Origin: Toensbergia leucococca
Lineage: Eukaryota
Length of the DNA: 64,000 nt
Direction: 5' to 3'
NCBI GenBank assembly: GCA_022813965.1
Contig: JALDZS010000009.1
Span: 186,001-250,000, forward strand
The notes under the pieces were generated by a model. It was not told where the DNA came from and did no database searches. It saw only the letters and a list, made by a program, of their open reading frames with translations. Every line of letters starts with the position of its first letter. Position 1 is the first letter of the stretch. The position numbers and the translations under genes were made by a program. Shown here in pieces: positions 36,281-49,600 of this stretch.

Positions 36281-37429
36281 GTCAAAGACGTCTACAATCA
36301 CGACATTCTCTCACATTTCACCATCATCTATTCGGACGTACTCCTGTCCGTTCCTCTCATCTGGAAGATGAAGTCAAGCCATCTCAGAAATGTCATCAGT
36401 GCACTTTGGTTCGTGCCATCCACCATTGACAGTGCAGGTACGGACAGGGCACTCTAGCTCACTGGTAGCTTATACCTGCATTCATCTCTTAGGTGGGCTA
36501 AGGTCGAAATCAGGACTACCGCACTGCGACTGGTGTGACAAAGATCTATAAGAGGAGAAGAAGGCGACCAAGCCGCTACTGAGACTGTTGGGCTGGGGAT
36601 ATGCCCGATTATGAGCTAGCAATCATCTGACTTGGTCTTTGATGCTTTGAATTTCTCCCAGCCGCAAAGTAAGTCAACATCATGAAGCAAAGCAGATATC
36701 TTCTGACAATATTAATGAACAGAATCACGGATACCACTGCAATGACAACAATCGAGACCAAGCTCATTTTCCATGTTCCCGAATACATGAACAGGCCAAC
36801 TGCGAGCCCAGCTAGAGATGGGCTATGGCCGATGTGGTGGGAGATGCAGGGAAGAAACCTGTGTCAGGGTAGACATCAGGACTATCGGTCTCGGTGTGGT
36901 GGCCGATTCGGATGAAGGAGTTCCAAGGGAACAAACCTGGTTCGATGGTGGAGCCCCTCTGTGGAAGACTTTCTTGAAATGTTGAATAGGGTTGGAGATG
37001 GGCTGTGCATACATACTGGCTGGACCGCTTTTCTTAAAGAGGAATTCCGCTATCATTCAATTACCATGATATGCATCCTGATCAAGGTACGTCAGTCCCT
37101 CCCTTGAAGAAAGATAGCTTGAGTGACTCATTTCGAGATGGCTGACTTAGCTCAGGCTTGGATTGCCGATCCACACGGTTCTTTCAAGATGTTCATCGCC
37201 AATGTGTCTTTGAGACTTGGCTTATGAAATTAAGATGGAGTACGATGTAAGTAGAGGCACATACCCAAGGACACATGTTCGCCTTGCTCTCTTCTGAAAG
37301 GCAGTTACTGATTAGTTCTCAAGCGCCAGTATTCCCCTTCACGATGTCGAAATTATATATAGTCTTCTTAGATGGAGCGACATATCTCGTACTAAGAGAT
37401 CCCTTCCATTCACTCCTTCGATGAGGAAT

Positions 37430-38415
37430 GAGATTCCGCGCGTATGGCGATGCTTGGCCGAGAGCCAAGATATTGAAGCCCGAATTTAGCCGCGGGATCA
37501 AGCGTATCATCTTCATCGAAGAGGAGAGACGCAAGGCTTCAAAGCTTGCCAAGCGCATGGCTGAAGCCAATCGATCCAACCAAGCTAGAAAAGGCTAACA
37601 AAGCACGCGTCTGACGACGACCTCGAGCCCACCGCTACTTTGGGCCAAATCGCCGAAGCCAAGCCAAGAGTCAAGAAGGAAGTCAAACCCGAGTTCAGTT
37701 CCGGGGGCAAAGATGTCAAGTCAGAGCCAAAAGAACCATTACGCAAGGCAATCAAGCCAACTAAGCCGACCAAACAAGTAAAGCCCCCAACATCAAGTAA
37801 GCTGACCAAGTCGACAAAAGGGGCTGAGCCGACCAAGCCGACCAAGCCAAAAGATCGGAACAAGGCTGCGGAGATGGTGATTGCATTATGGGAATTCCTC
37901 ATGGATAGAGGTCCACCTGCTCTGAAGATGTCAAGACAGGCCAAAAAGAAAAACTACGCAAGGCAATCAAGCCAACTAAACCGACAAAACAAGCAAAAGC
38001 CCAAAAACACCCAAAGCAACCAAGGTCCAAGCCCAAAAAACAAACGAAGCCGAAGAAAGCGACCAAGCCCAAGAAGCTAGTCAAGCACGCCTCCAAGGAG
38101 AAAGAGCACAAGTATTAGCACGATCTCCCCGAATGAGATTCCACATCAGCACCAGACTTCCTCGTCTATCTACGACGAAGAGGAGATGGTCAAAACGAAA
38201 AAGGGCAAGGACGAGGACGAGGAGAACCAAGAATTCGTATATGTATATCTCGCCGAGGATGGCGGCACATTCATTCAAGGACCCAATTCCTCTTTGCGTC
38301 TCCACGAAGCCCAAAGCCGACACCAGGACTACCGCTGCGCAAACCGGTGTGGTGCGAGATTCTATTCAGAAAGAGAAATAAGTATCAAGGGCCCGGTTTT
38401 ACTCTGCAAATAACC
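37430..38415 (+). pseudogene. Frameshifted Lys/Pro-rich ORF remnants (KPTKP repeats)
   Basis: Coding-like fragments in alternating frames. The segment TACGCAAGGCAATCAAGCCAACTAA is duplicated at ~37740 and ~37955. Confidence 0.4.
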
Positions 38416-38732
38416 TCCGGCTTATTGGAGGTTTCGGGCCACTACTCCCTGGACAGCTCTGTGGCTGTTAAATCTGACTCACACGAACGCACATCAGGGC
38501 ACAGATCGGCCGCGAAGACCTTGGGCCGCTTTATCATACCATCAAGCCCCCACCCCAGCGTTGTTCCGGTTTCTTCGCCAAAATAAACGGAGTGCAGCTG
38601 TGGATGAACGACAAACTTGTGAACCCGGGTGCAATGAGTGCGCGGAGTTCTTCATGAGTTTCTCACTCGAATGCATTCAAAGATCCAAGGTTTATTGGAT
38701 CTTTCCCCAACACTGTATGCCATCGTCAAGAC

Positions 38733-39591
38733 TCTCAGATCGCAGCCCTCCAGAACTATCTCCAGCACCGAAGCATGGATTTTTCTTCACGGCAACTTCA
38801 ACTAAATATGAGCCCTTTCACCAATCCTTTGCCAATTTCCTCCAGTTGACAGCATATTTAGACCTCGACGAGTCTACACCGATCATCTATCTTGGGGAGA
38901 AGATGAGCGCCCGCTTGCAAGCGGTACTGGGCACGGTCTCACAGGAATTCCCAACTTCCAAGTCTAACTGAACTGCAAATGTACCTGCAGAAGGTAGATG
39001 AAAAGCAGCGTTATCACTGAAAAAACCGCCATCGAGCTTCTGATGAACATCATCGAAGACTTTACACGGGCATTCTGTACCTACACAGCCCGGGCCTTAC
39101 AAAGCCTCTCCACCTATCTCACAGGCTTTGGTAACCCGGACCTACCTGGAGAAACAGAGGCAAATCCTGTCCAACAAAGCCGCCGCGCTCCGTACTGCCT
39201 CATTCCCCCGGGTAAAGACGTCTAGAGTGATCCCTTCAGATGTGCAAGGACTTATTCAGACTCCAGGCACCTGCTATGAGCGAGGGGATACTTATGGAGT
39301 CAAGGATTCTGATTGATTGTTTTTTTTGGGGAGGGGCTTAGCACTGATTGATTCTCAATCAATGCTTCTCAGATCGCAGCCCTTCAACACCTTCTCCAGC
39401 ACCTAAGAATGGATTTTTCTTCACGGCAAACGTCAACTGAATATGAGTTTCTCGCTCTTATGGAGTCCAAGGATATCTGATCGATTGCTTTTTTTTTCTT
39501 CTTCAACAATCAACGACTCTCAGATCGCAGCCCTTCAACATTTTTTTCCCGGCGTCTGGATATCTTTCACGGCAACGTAATTGAATACGAG
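38733..39591. repeat. Three dispersed copies of an ~80-bp segment
   Basis: TCTCAGATCGCAGCCCT...TTCACGGCAA...AATAYGAG at 38733, 39367 and 39518. Confidence 0.85.
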
Positions 39592-40352
39592 CGAGGGGGA
39601 ATAGGGATACTTGTACATTTCATATATTTCACGGAGTCAGGGAAAAAAGGTGGTCAAGGGAAACGGATATCATACTTTCCAGGCAAAGGAACCACATCTA
39701 GCAGGGCGCAAAGTCCACATAGCTAGAACCAGACTTCTATAGAAAACAGGCGCAAAAAAGATACCCCCATTTCCAAAACGCAGCTTTCCGTGCACCCTTT
39801 CCCGCCCCTTCTTCAAATTTGCAAAAAGCCAAGTCCACATCTAAATCATCCCCTCCTAACCACCCCTCCCTAAACTAAAATAGCATAAGTACAAAGAAAA
39901 TACAAAGAAAAAAAGGTAATAATCGTATATTTCCTTCATTTTTGATTGGTGAAAAGCCACAAAGTCAGCTAACAAATGCAAGAGAAAGAGCTAAATAAAT
40001 AAAACCAGCAGCGATGGAATTTGATCTCGCAAAAACCACCCCCTACCCCCCACCCAACCCTCCCCCCAAACAAAAGGAGAAAAAAAAAATTCCCAAGCCA
40101 GGCTGTATATAGCTCAAGTAGCTCATAAAAGGCCAAAAAAAAACAGCATAGTAAAAAACGGCGACTGTGGATTCCCAGCGCCCACACCAAGCAAAATGTC
40201 CAAAACAAACGTATACAAATACAACCCCAAAAACACCTCAAAAAACACCCACATAACACCCACAATACCCATACAGAAAAAAACTTCAAGCTCCCCAAAA
40301 CCCCCCCCCACACATAAGACCAAAAAGTTCCCAAATCACCACAGCCCCCCTC

Positions 40353-41897
40353 TCAAGTCCACCTAAACAAATCCCTGTGCCCCTTAACCCCCAACCCCCT
40401 AAACGCCGCCCGCATCCACAACCAATTCCTCGCCTCCTCCACCCCCCGAAACCTCCTCTCGCAGACACCGGCCCAAAACCCAATCCTCCGAGCCATGTCC
40501 CCGATATCGCATCGGCCCGCGATGGCGTGGCGGTAGATCTGTGCTGCGTCCCGGACCTCGGGTATCTCGAAGAGGGACAATATTGTGATTGCGGAAGAGG
40601 CCTCCGCGTTGCTGAGTTCTTCTTCTTCTGATGATGATGATGATGATGATGGTGGTGGAGAGGGAGAGGGAGATTCGGGTGTCGGGCCGGTAAAGGACCG
40701 GAGAAATGGGAGGACGTGGAAGAGGCTGTCGAGCATCAGGATGAGGGGCGTGTCGTCGTAGTTGCCATCTGTCTGAAGCTCGCGACGCTTCTTGTCCAGA
40801 GATCGAGCCCGCGTTACAAGGCGGCGTTGATCGGCGGTGATAGGCAGGCTGTAGGATTGATCTTCGCTGTATTCGTACTCCGTTCCCTCCAACCAGTCTC
40901 GGTTCTCGAAGAAGCAGTTGCGCTGCCGAGAGACGTGCTCGAAGCGCTCTTCTAGCAGCGATAGCGCCTTATGATAGTCGATGCGAGAGAGTTGATCAGG
41001 GCTTTGAAGGACTTGTTCCCAGCGATCGTAGTGGAGTATTGAACAGATGCCTTCGAGATGACCGAGCGTCGATTTCCAGGGCGTTGAAACGACGGCTTCG
41101 ATATTTCCGACCGTGCCAATTTGCCAGCTCTTGTTTCCCACAGGAAGGAAGGCTTCCGCATACCTCAAAGCTTCCTTGTACATTAATTTGGGCGTTGTCA
41201 GGTCCATGACATCTACATCCGGCACCGACGCATCTCTACCTTCAATCAGCGCCTTGACTTCTTCTACGTACGAAAAGGTTCTTGCATAAAGGCAAGATTC
41301 ATCCCTGAAGCCGCAGATTTCCACTCGCTTAACGGGCCGAAGCTCTTTCAGAGGGCCAAAAACGTCAACGTTTTCCGGGAAATGGTCCAGTCTCTGATTT
41401 TCGGCCCCTGAAACCAGCACTCGGAGCTTTTGAAGAGAGGCGCCGGAACCCAGGAGAGTCATGCAGATACCTCGGAGGTGTCTTCTGATCCCCTCTTCGG
41501 TGAAGTACTCATAACAGTCAATATCAATACTCAAGTCGCTCAAGTACTGAAGACCGAATTCCACGCGAGGGGACGTGATAATGGGCCCATTGCCATAATT
41601 GATGAAGTCGGGCAAGAGACGGGCTTGAAATCGATTGCATGAGTAGAGGATCGGCATGCAGTCGAAATGGATTTGGCGACAGGTGGTTAAAATTGAGGAA
41701 TGGAGGGTTTGAGCACGGCTTGGTCTGCTGCAAAACCCTCGGTGTTCGTTGACGACCAGGAGATTGGTATAAATTAGGTTTCTTATCTCTCCAGGTAACG
41801 CAAGAAATTGGAAGGAGCGCAATGTAAGAGGCTCTTTATAGAATGGTAAAGTAGCATCAAGCGATTGGTATGCTATTAATGGAGTAGTCGATAACAT
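40353..41897 (-). CDS. Hypothetical protein with N-terminal F-box-like motif
   Basis: Long intronless ORF with FLALPGEIRNLIY and ILTTCRQIHFDCMPILYSCNRF, typical of fungal F-box-like hypothetical proteins. First ATG 41897. Confidence 0.7.
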   Translation of the reverse strand: MLSTTPLIAYQSLDATLPFYKEPLTLRSFQFLALPGEIRNLIYTNLLVVNEHRGFCSRPSRAQTLHSSILTTCRQIHFDCMPILYSCNRFQARLLPDFINYGNGPIITSPRVEFGLQYLSDLSIDIDCYEYFTEEGIRRHLRGICMTLLGSGASLQKLRVLVSGAENQRLDHFPENVDVFGPLKELRPVKRVEICGFRDESCLYARTFSYVEEVKALIEGRDASVPDVDVMDLTTPKLMYKEALRYAEAFLPVGNKSWQIGTVGNIEAVVSTPWKSTLGHLEGICSILHYDRWEQVLQSPDQLSRIDYHKALSLLEERFEHVSRQRNCFFENRDWLEGTEYEYSEDQSYSLPITADQRRLVTRARSLDKKRRELQTDGNYDDTPLILMLDSLFHVLPFLRSFTGPTPESPSPSPPPSSSSSSSEEEELSNAEASSAITILSLFEIPEVRDAAQIYRHAIAGRCDIGDMARRIGFWAGVCERRFRGVEEARNWLWMRAAFRGLGVKGHRDLFRWT

Positions 41898-42579
41898 GGT
41901 GGTCGATGGATGGTATATGAAATGTGTCCCGTAGATGTGTATATCGTTCAAAGTGGAAGCAGAAAGGTAGGGTATGGTGTATATATTGAAAGAGGTCAAG
42001 ACTTTCTATAGCTATTTGACAGTTAGAATAGAAGAGTATGAATTGTTGTAAGAACAAAGAGTTGATGTAGTATTTATAGGATTGTTCTTGATACGAAAGT
42101 GGTTTAGGAAGACACAGCAACGAAGGTAAGCACCAAACTTTATAATTCTCCAGCTGAGTCAAGGCTTGATGATATGGCAGTCACATGCAGGTGAACCAGA
42201 AGTCCGCAAAAAGTGAAGCTCTGGATCTTTAGTCAATCTAAGCCATGAACGGTGTTCCTATCCACCGTCAGTCATCCTAAGCTATGACTCCCATCTCCAT
42301 CCCAATATTAAATTCAGTAACTTGGGACAAGTATGTACGGTTTCACGGAAATCTTTTGTGGATAGGATTCCTCCAAAAAGTATAGAGTCAAAGAGGTATG
42401 TTGTAAACTGAGTGTAGCGCGGAAAAAAGTATTAGTCGCAGCTGGGCTATTAGGAACGCTGAATCCGACTTACCCCTTTCGTTATTCCCACACATCAGCT
42501 TGGATACTTTCGCGACCCCTATCTCAATAGTAATAAGGCAGTAGTGAGGAATGTTAAGTTTCTTAGTCTCAACTGTGGT

Positions 42580-42800
42580 GGTAGTTCTTTGTTCTAATCC
42601 TGCATGTTTATTGATAGCAGCTTTGAGGATGTCAAGGGTAAAATAAAGCTCTTCCTTCGGTGAAGGGGCGAGAGACATGATAAGTGATGTGTAAGCAATA
42701 GCGACTGCGACATTGAGAGGGAGGAGGGGTGAAGGTGTGTTAGGTGCAAAACATCACTATGTGAAATTACGCCCAGTGACAGTGACGGCGCTGGCCTCAC
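42580..42800 (-). mobile_element. Truncated 5' remnant of a Mutator-like (MULE/FAR1-type) transposase
   Basis: MSLAPSPKEELYFTLDILKAAINKHAGLE resembles the N-terminus of fungal MULE transposases; similarity ends after ~30 codons. Confidence 0.45.
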
Positions 42801-43222
42801 TGCTGCCTCTTTGTTGCCTAATTAGATTTAGCTACGGTGGTGTGAGAGATCAAAATTGATTGCAAGAATAAAGGAAGCTTTTACAAACGGCAGAACAGTG
42901 CAAAAGCAAGAAATGAGAATTGGATACTGGAAACTGGAAGCCGTTTTCATGCTAAGTCATGTTTAGTCCTCCGTCACTATGCGAGCACATGAACAGAGAA
43001 GGATTGAAAATGCAGTAAGGGAGCAGGGATAGTTAATATGAGTTGGGTTTTGTGTGCTTGCCAGTTAGACAGACAAAGCCCAGATCCATCGTCACTCCGA
43101 GTGTGGATACCTTTGTTTGATAAAGCATAGGAAAATACTTCTCTAATGCATGCTGCTACAGATGCTCCAAACTGACACAAGACGTCGTAAATGTACTCAT
43201 GGCCAAATTCGTTCGGGCCACT

Positions 43223-46145
43223 CTATGCCAAATAGCGGTAAGTGTTACCCTCCTCTCGTTCCATATAATCCTTTTCAATCAATCTACAAGATCGATATTA
43301 GTTCATCTACGCAGAAGACTAAACATTAAAGGGCTTACTTTTCAATATTCTTCTTGATGTCAGTAGGATCTAATACGCCTCTGCTCTTGGTAGCAGTGAT
43401 GACTTCTGACACTAACTCCGCATGGGTGATGGTCTTGCGAGTCTTCATGATGCGTACGATGGCGGCCTGGGTTTCGTAATGCCGGTCTGCTGCGACTCGC
43501 TCATGTGTTTCCTTGTTCTCCTCCTTCGTTTCCTTTAACTGGATCTGGTTGATCTTGATACGATACTTGGGATCGGAGAAATTGAGATTGACTGCAAAGC
43601 TATCTCCTTCGTTGACGTCTTTGCCTTTCGGTGTCTTGTTCAGGACTCGATACTTTGCACATGCTAGCGATTGCAAAGTCCGTTTGAGTTCGGCGTTGCC
43701 TATTAACGTAAGTCAGCGAAAGTAGAAAGATTACGGCGCAAGCTCAACAGCATACTGAGGTTTGTGGTCGCTTGAATCTCAGCATAGGTGATTGGCTCAT
43801 TCAACGGCTTGTCGTTGAAAAGCAGCATTACGATAGCCTGGAACGAACTGACTACGATTTCCTTGTTGCCTCTTGGAAATTGAGCTTTTAGCTGGCAATG
43901 AGCTAGCGCATGTTTCCATGCCAGTCGTCGCCCTGTATGCTTCATCTTGTAATGTTCTTCGAAGTCCGCAGTTGCTTTTTGAATGTCTCTCGGCACCTCA
44001 ACAGCAACATCAGGGTACGTTGGCCAAGCTGAAGCAGATAAAACATTGACATTGAGATCTACGACCGGCTTCTTCCGGCGCTCCTCAAGCATCGTCTTGT
44101 ATGATGCGATCTCTTCCCTTGCTAGTTCAATGTCCTTGAACATTTGTTCTAGGTTATGAGTGAAGCCCGCTCCGCATTCTATGACAAGGTCAGTGCTATC
44201 TTTCGCTCTAGACCTGAAGACCCACCAGATTTGAGGCGTGTGAGCATGCTCTTCTCTGCATCAGAACTCGCACTTCTAGCCATGAGTAGCCGGCGAGCAA
44301 GATCCTTCTTGTAGAAGGCTTCAAAAACGGCTTTGCCATGCACGAAACGAAACATATCAAGGACTTGATCTAATTGCTTTGTTATCTCTACATCCTCGTT
44401 TCCATCTTCAACGTCAGGTTCATCGTCATTGGGATCGCGAAGAACAGTAGATGCTGATGGATTCAAAGAGACAGCCTTGACTCCGCCTCTGAGAATCACA
44501 TCAACATACTTTGCAATCATTTCTCCCGGCTTCGGGTTATCGGTACCCCAGTTCATGCTGGTTTTCTTCGTTTTGTTGATAAATGATTCAAATGCTTCCC
44601 TCAGGCCGTGACCAAGGCTTTCATTCTTTTCAAACGAGCATTGCCAAACATTGTCAAGTTTCTTCTTGAATGCTAGTAATCTGACCACCATCTCGCTTTC
44701 TCGCTGCTGATCGAAAACGATTTCGGACCCCTGATTACGGATGTAATCTTGGAATGGGGATCTAAGCTTCTCTTCAAGTCCTCTACGCTGCAATAGAGTA
44801 AAAAGTTTCTTCAAAACTTCGATTTCATTATGATCCAATAGAACTGATATCTCCTCTGTTCTCAAAAGCCATGATTCCCTCTCCTCAATGAGGAATTCGT
44901 CAAGATAGACCACCAAGTCCCTCTTCGTATTGGCATCAAGGTTATATAAATCACATCTGTTGGTCTCACTATCGATGAGTTTGTGGCAATTTGCAACATA
45001 GGTGGCTAAGCTGCTTGATGATACTTGATGTGCGGCCCAGTGATGAAGAAAGGACTTTGACTCGTCCAATATCATCGATTCAAACTGCTTGTATACAGTG
45101 AGAACATGCAGCATGCCTATCGCATCTCGGAATAGGTCGTTCTTCTTATTTTGCTGCTGCTCCTCCCGATCAATCATTACAAGATCACACACCCCTTGTA
45201 AAATCTTGAGATTCAGTACAGTATCGGAGAATATGTATTTTCGAAACTGGATGATGCCCATCTCTTCGATAGATGGCTGCGATGAGTGGAGGAGGAATGA
45301 CCGGTCCATATAAAAAAAGATTGACCGTATCGTTTCCTGTGAACATTGAGCGGAGGCTTGAGAGAGCTAGAATGGGTACAGTATGAAGATGTACATACTA
45401 ATCTAGATCTCCAGGTCGACCAAGCCTTTACCACCGAACGAAGGACATCTTCGTTTTTCAACATTTCTGCAAATTCCACTAAAGGGGCTTTTACCCGTGT
45501 TGAAACCTCGAGACTGCACTTTTCGGAGAGTCTCTGGTAAAGTTCAGGGGCTTTACCTTGCCTACAGAGATTCTCTACGCCTCTGTAGAGCTCTTCCAAC
45601 GAATATGGCATCTCTTCATGTCCAAAAATTGCAGCAAGTGCCGAGTCCAGCTGGCCCCAAACATGATTGTAATATTGATCAGGATCAGCTTTGGATGCCC
45701 TCCTAAGGTTCTTCACGACGAGTTTCTTAGGACTAGTGCCTGGCTTCAGAGTCGTAGGCCGCACGACTCCATTGGGCTTTCTCGCCAATGGAGACGCTTT
45801 ATTGTAGTTACCACATGACGGTGTGGTCAAATCGATGACTTCAGAAGTACTCGAGGTAAGATCGACGATTTTCAACGGCTTTGGGCTGGAGGAAGGGAAA
45901 TTGTACATGTTCTCTGGCTGTAAGGTCTGTCTATGGTCACGCTTTAGGCGTTTGCTCGGCGACGATGGCACAAGATCGCCCAAGTCACATTCAGATGGTT
46001 TATGTTTAGAGGTTGCGAAAAGCTCCGAGATGGTCTTCTGTGGAGGTTGAAGATCGGCTGAGTTTGGGGGGCAGGACTGCTTGCTCTGTCTATGGGCCTT
46101 GGGCTTCCTCCCGCTGTACTCGGAAGAAGACTTCGAATTCTGCAT
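43223..46145 (-). CDS. CUL4: Cullin-4
   Basis: KKLVVKNLR, SLEELYRGVENLC, FEAFYKKDLARRLL, Nedd8 domain AAIVRIMK and terminal IEKDYMERE..YRYLA*. Multi-exon. Confidence 0.95.
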
Positions 46146-46635
46146 CTAGCAGCGGCATGCACGTCGTGTATGGACAGCGGCGAGGAAAGCCTCAAAGGAA
46201 CTTGGATTCGATGGTAATTGTTGAAGACCTGGACGGAGGGGGCAGTTAAGTTGCAGCAGCCAATGACGTGAACAATGGCGATAGGCGGGTTTTAGACGGA
46301 TTAAATACTTGTCGAGGCTAAACACCCAAGCTCTGACTTTGGTATTCTCACTTCGCAGATACGAGTACGAGTACGAGTACTGAATACCGAGGTGGATAAA
46401 CATCCATAGTCCTCGAATATGCACTGTCGATGGCAATGACCAAACCCCCAGATGAACCAGCATGAGTAAATATTCTATACCCAAAAAGCCCGAGGGCAGG
46501 ACTACTATGATAAATGCGACTACTATTTGGTACTGGACTTTTGCTACCCAGAGACCTTTTCAGAGGGTATTCCACAGGTAATGCCCATCAATATGGTATC
46601 ATCAACGCCTTCCAAACCACTAGCCCTGACCATCT

Positions 46636-49600
46636 TCAGCTGAACCCAATTCTGCTAGATTTTTGCGAGTCTCGTTGTTCCTCGTACTGCTACAAGTTAG
46701 TGCCGTCTAGACTTCAGTCATTCGGAGCAGACCTTACACTCAGAAATTCCGTCATGGTCATGAGTAGCACTGTCAATTCTACCAACTCATCAAGCCACAG
46801 GCTGGGCCTGCCCATTGGAACTCCTCCAATTTTGGCCTGGCGCTTGAATATAGCAACAATTGAAGGTCGGTTCTCTTCCAGAAAGTATCTAGCTTGCTCT
46901 ATTGTCTGCGCATTATCTGTACCACGGCTTACGACGACGGCCGTGATGACACGGACAACGTATAGGAGTAGCTCATAGTATTTGTTCAGAGCGTCAGAAT
47001 TGTCCATTTCAATGCCAAGATCTGGGTCTGCTGTAAACAGACCCGAGGCGCGTACTGCTTGGAAGAGTCCGGCATTCATGATCTGGGTGGCGCCGGCCCT
47101 ATCCTGAGATATCGTCAGGATTAAGGAGAGCTTGCTCTCATAGTAGTAGAGCAGTAAAGGAACATCTACCATTCCGATTCCATGTAAGCTTTGATTTCCA
47201 GCATAGATAGACGAATCCAGAGGACCTTACCTCTAGCACTTGTTTCTCGAAGTTCCTGTGGTATATCCTTGATAGCTTCTACAATGACAACTATAAAATT
47301 TGTTCGTACAAGCGAGTTGACGAGATAAGTCGAACTTTCTGACTTGGCTAACAATACCAAAGAATTGAGTAGCAGAAGCGCGGATACTCTGCAGGTTCCA
47401 GCTCCCCCATAAGCATCGTCACACACAATATCAATCAGCCTTTCTCCTGTTGCCTTAATTGTCTGCGTGTTGTGCTGCCGACGGAGGGGAGCATCTAAGA
47501 TCTCAGCCATGCCAGTAAGGTATCGATGACAGATGTTGTAGAGCACCTCACGGATAAGAGGGTTTCCATCTGATATGGATATAGCCCGTAACGCTGTACG
47601 AAACACTTGAAATAACCTGTCGTGAGCAACATCGCCCGCCCGAGCCTTATCTAGAGTCGAAGAGTTGAAATTTAACTGGAACAACAACGTTCTCACAAGA
47701 CAGGCCAACTCAACCGCATCTGATGTATTTTCTAAAGCATATTGATCAAGTTTAGGTGTTATCACTTGGAGTCCTTGAAGCGTCAGGGTCGATCGAGTTC
47801 CCTGATCAAGATCACACTTGACGACTACGAGTGTCATCAGGTCAACCCAAGCCTTCAGGGTCTGGACTCTAGCGAAAGCCAAGCTATGTCGGATATTCTG
47901 GCCGTGAAAATAGAGTATGAGGTTCTCGGCCTCCGTGTTAGCGACTTGCTCCTCCGTGGGATCTTTCATAAGGCCGCTTTTGCGCAACTCATTGTGCCGA
48001 AGCGCAAGCATCTCCTCGACCATTCTCAAGTCGTACCCATGTACAATATCATCTAATCCAAGCCCAGTACTGACGCTAAAGTCCATGCCCGAGAAGTAGT
48101 TCGTCGCTGGGGGTGTGGCGTCCTGAGCAAAATCCACTTCTGCGAAATCGAAGAGGTCGAAGATTGTTAAGTTAGGGACCGCTTCGCCGGTAGGCATAGT
48201 AGTCGATCCTAATAGCGTAGAAAGAATTCGTCCCTGTAATGAAGGGGCGCCTTCCGATGAGACAAGACGGAGTTCCGAACTCGTATATTCAATGAGCAAG
48301 CGACGTTGCTGAAGATAATGCTCAAACGCTACTGCAGAGCTAGTGGAGATGAATTCTGAGTCTTTGACAGATTGGCCGTCCCACCCAGTGCTTACCTCTA
48401 TCGGTTTTTGACTTATGAAAAGTGCAAAGAGGAAATCGCTAGCCCGCAACTCCACCAATGTGAATATAGAAGTGAGGTGAGAAGTCCATAAGGTCGACAG
48501 CACCTGCAGTCCTTTTTGTTTGAGATCAAGAGCCCAAGACAACATCGTGGTTTCGTCACCGTCTGGATATTCAACGACCAGACGCAGGATAGCGTGGAAG
48601 AGAGACGAGCTTCTTGCAAACAACCCGTCTGCTTCGACATCTAGACCTGCGCCTGTGCATGAAAACCCAAGTAAAGCGTGTGCTAAGTTCGGTCGGTTCG
48701 GAGAGACAGCCAAGCAATCGTTCAAAAAGTCTAGAACGACAGATTTGATTACCCATCCTGGAGAATCCGGACCTTGCACAAGCTCTCGCGTATCGAATTG
48801 CATTGCCAGGATCAAAGGTCTTGCAATACGTTCTAGATCTTCCTCTTGCTGAAGTACTCCTATTAGCCGATTGCCACTAAAGCTTTGTGCCTGCCCTTGC
48901 AATGGCTGGACATTGAGCTTCCTCGAGCTCGCAAACTTTTGCAATAACTTGATTGACGAGATAGCCAGATCTTGTATACCAGTACCGCTGTAAAGCCCTA
49001 GATCAACAATGAGACCGAGATTCTTTGCCACACTATCCTCGAATGATGCTAGCGATGGACTATGGACAGGTTTTCTATATGCACTTGATTGCGTTTTCAC
49101 GAGCGGTCTTGCAATATCAAGATATGTCGATTGAAGATCCATGATTAGATTCATGACGTCGATGCTACGGAGAAGAGCCAGAACCAACGGTGAGTCCGGC
49201 AATGACCTGCTAATCTCAGTGATGTCTTGATGTGCCGAAGCGAAAAGTGCAGCGAGCACACGCTCATTAAACATCCATTCCATGACGCGAGAGAATGGGT
49301 GAAAGCGAACATACGCCATAAGTGATGATGTATTCATGGCCGTATCGACGGCGATTGTCGTCCTGTTGGCTAGAATTACGAGATCCTCATTGAAAGTGCC
49401 TAGACAGGTAGCGATGAAATTCAAAACATTCCATCTTAAGATTCTAAGTTGGGGAGAACCTTCTAGCTCTTGCATCTTTATAGCAAAAACTTTGCCTAGT
49501 ACAAAATCGATATATGGCTCGATACCGGGCATTCGATAGGTAGAACCTAACCATTCGGGAAATGGAAGTGCGTCGTTGAGGCCGGGTCCATCTGCAACAG

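Noticed and set aside
39969..40483. Hydrophobic Gly/Phe-rich minus-strand ORFs
   Set aside because: Artefacts of the A/C-rich low-complexity tract.
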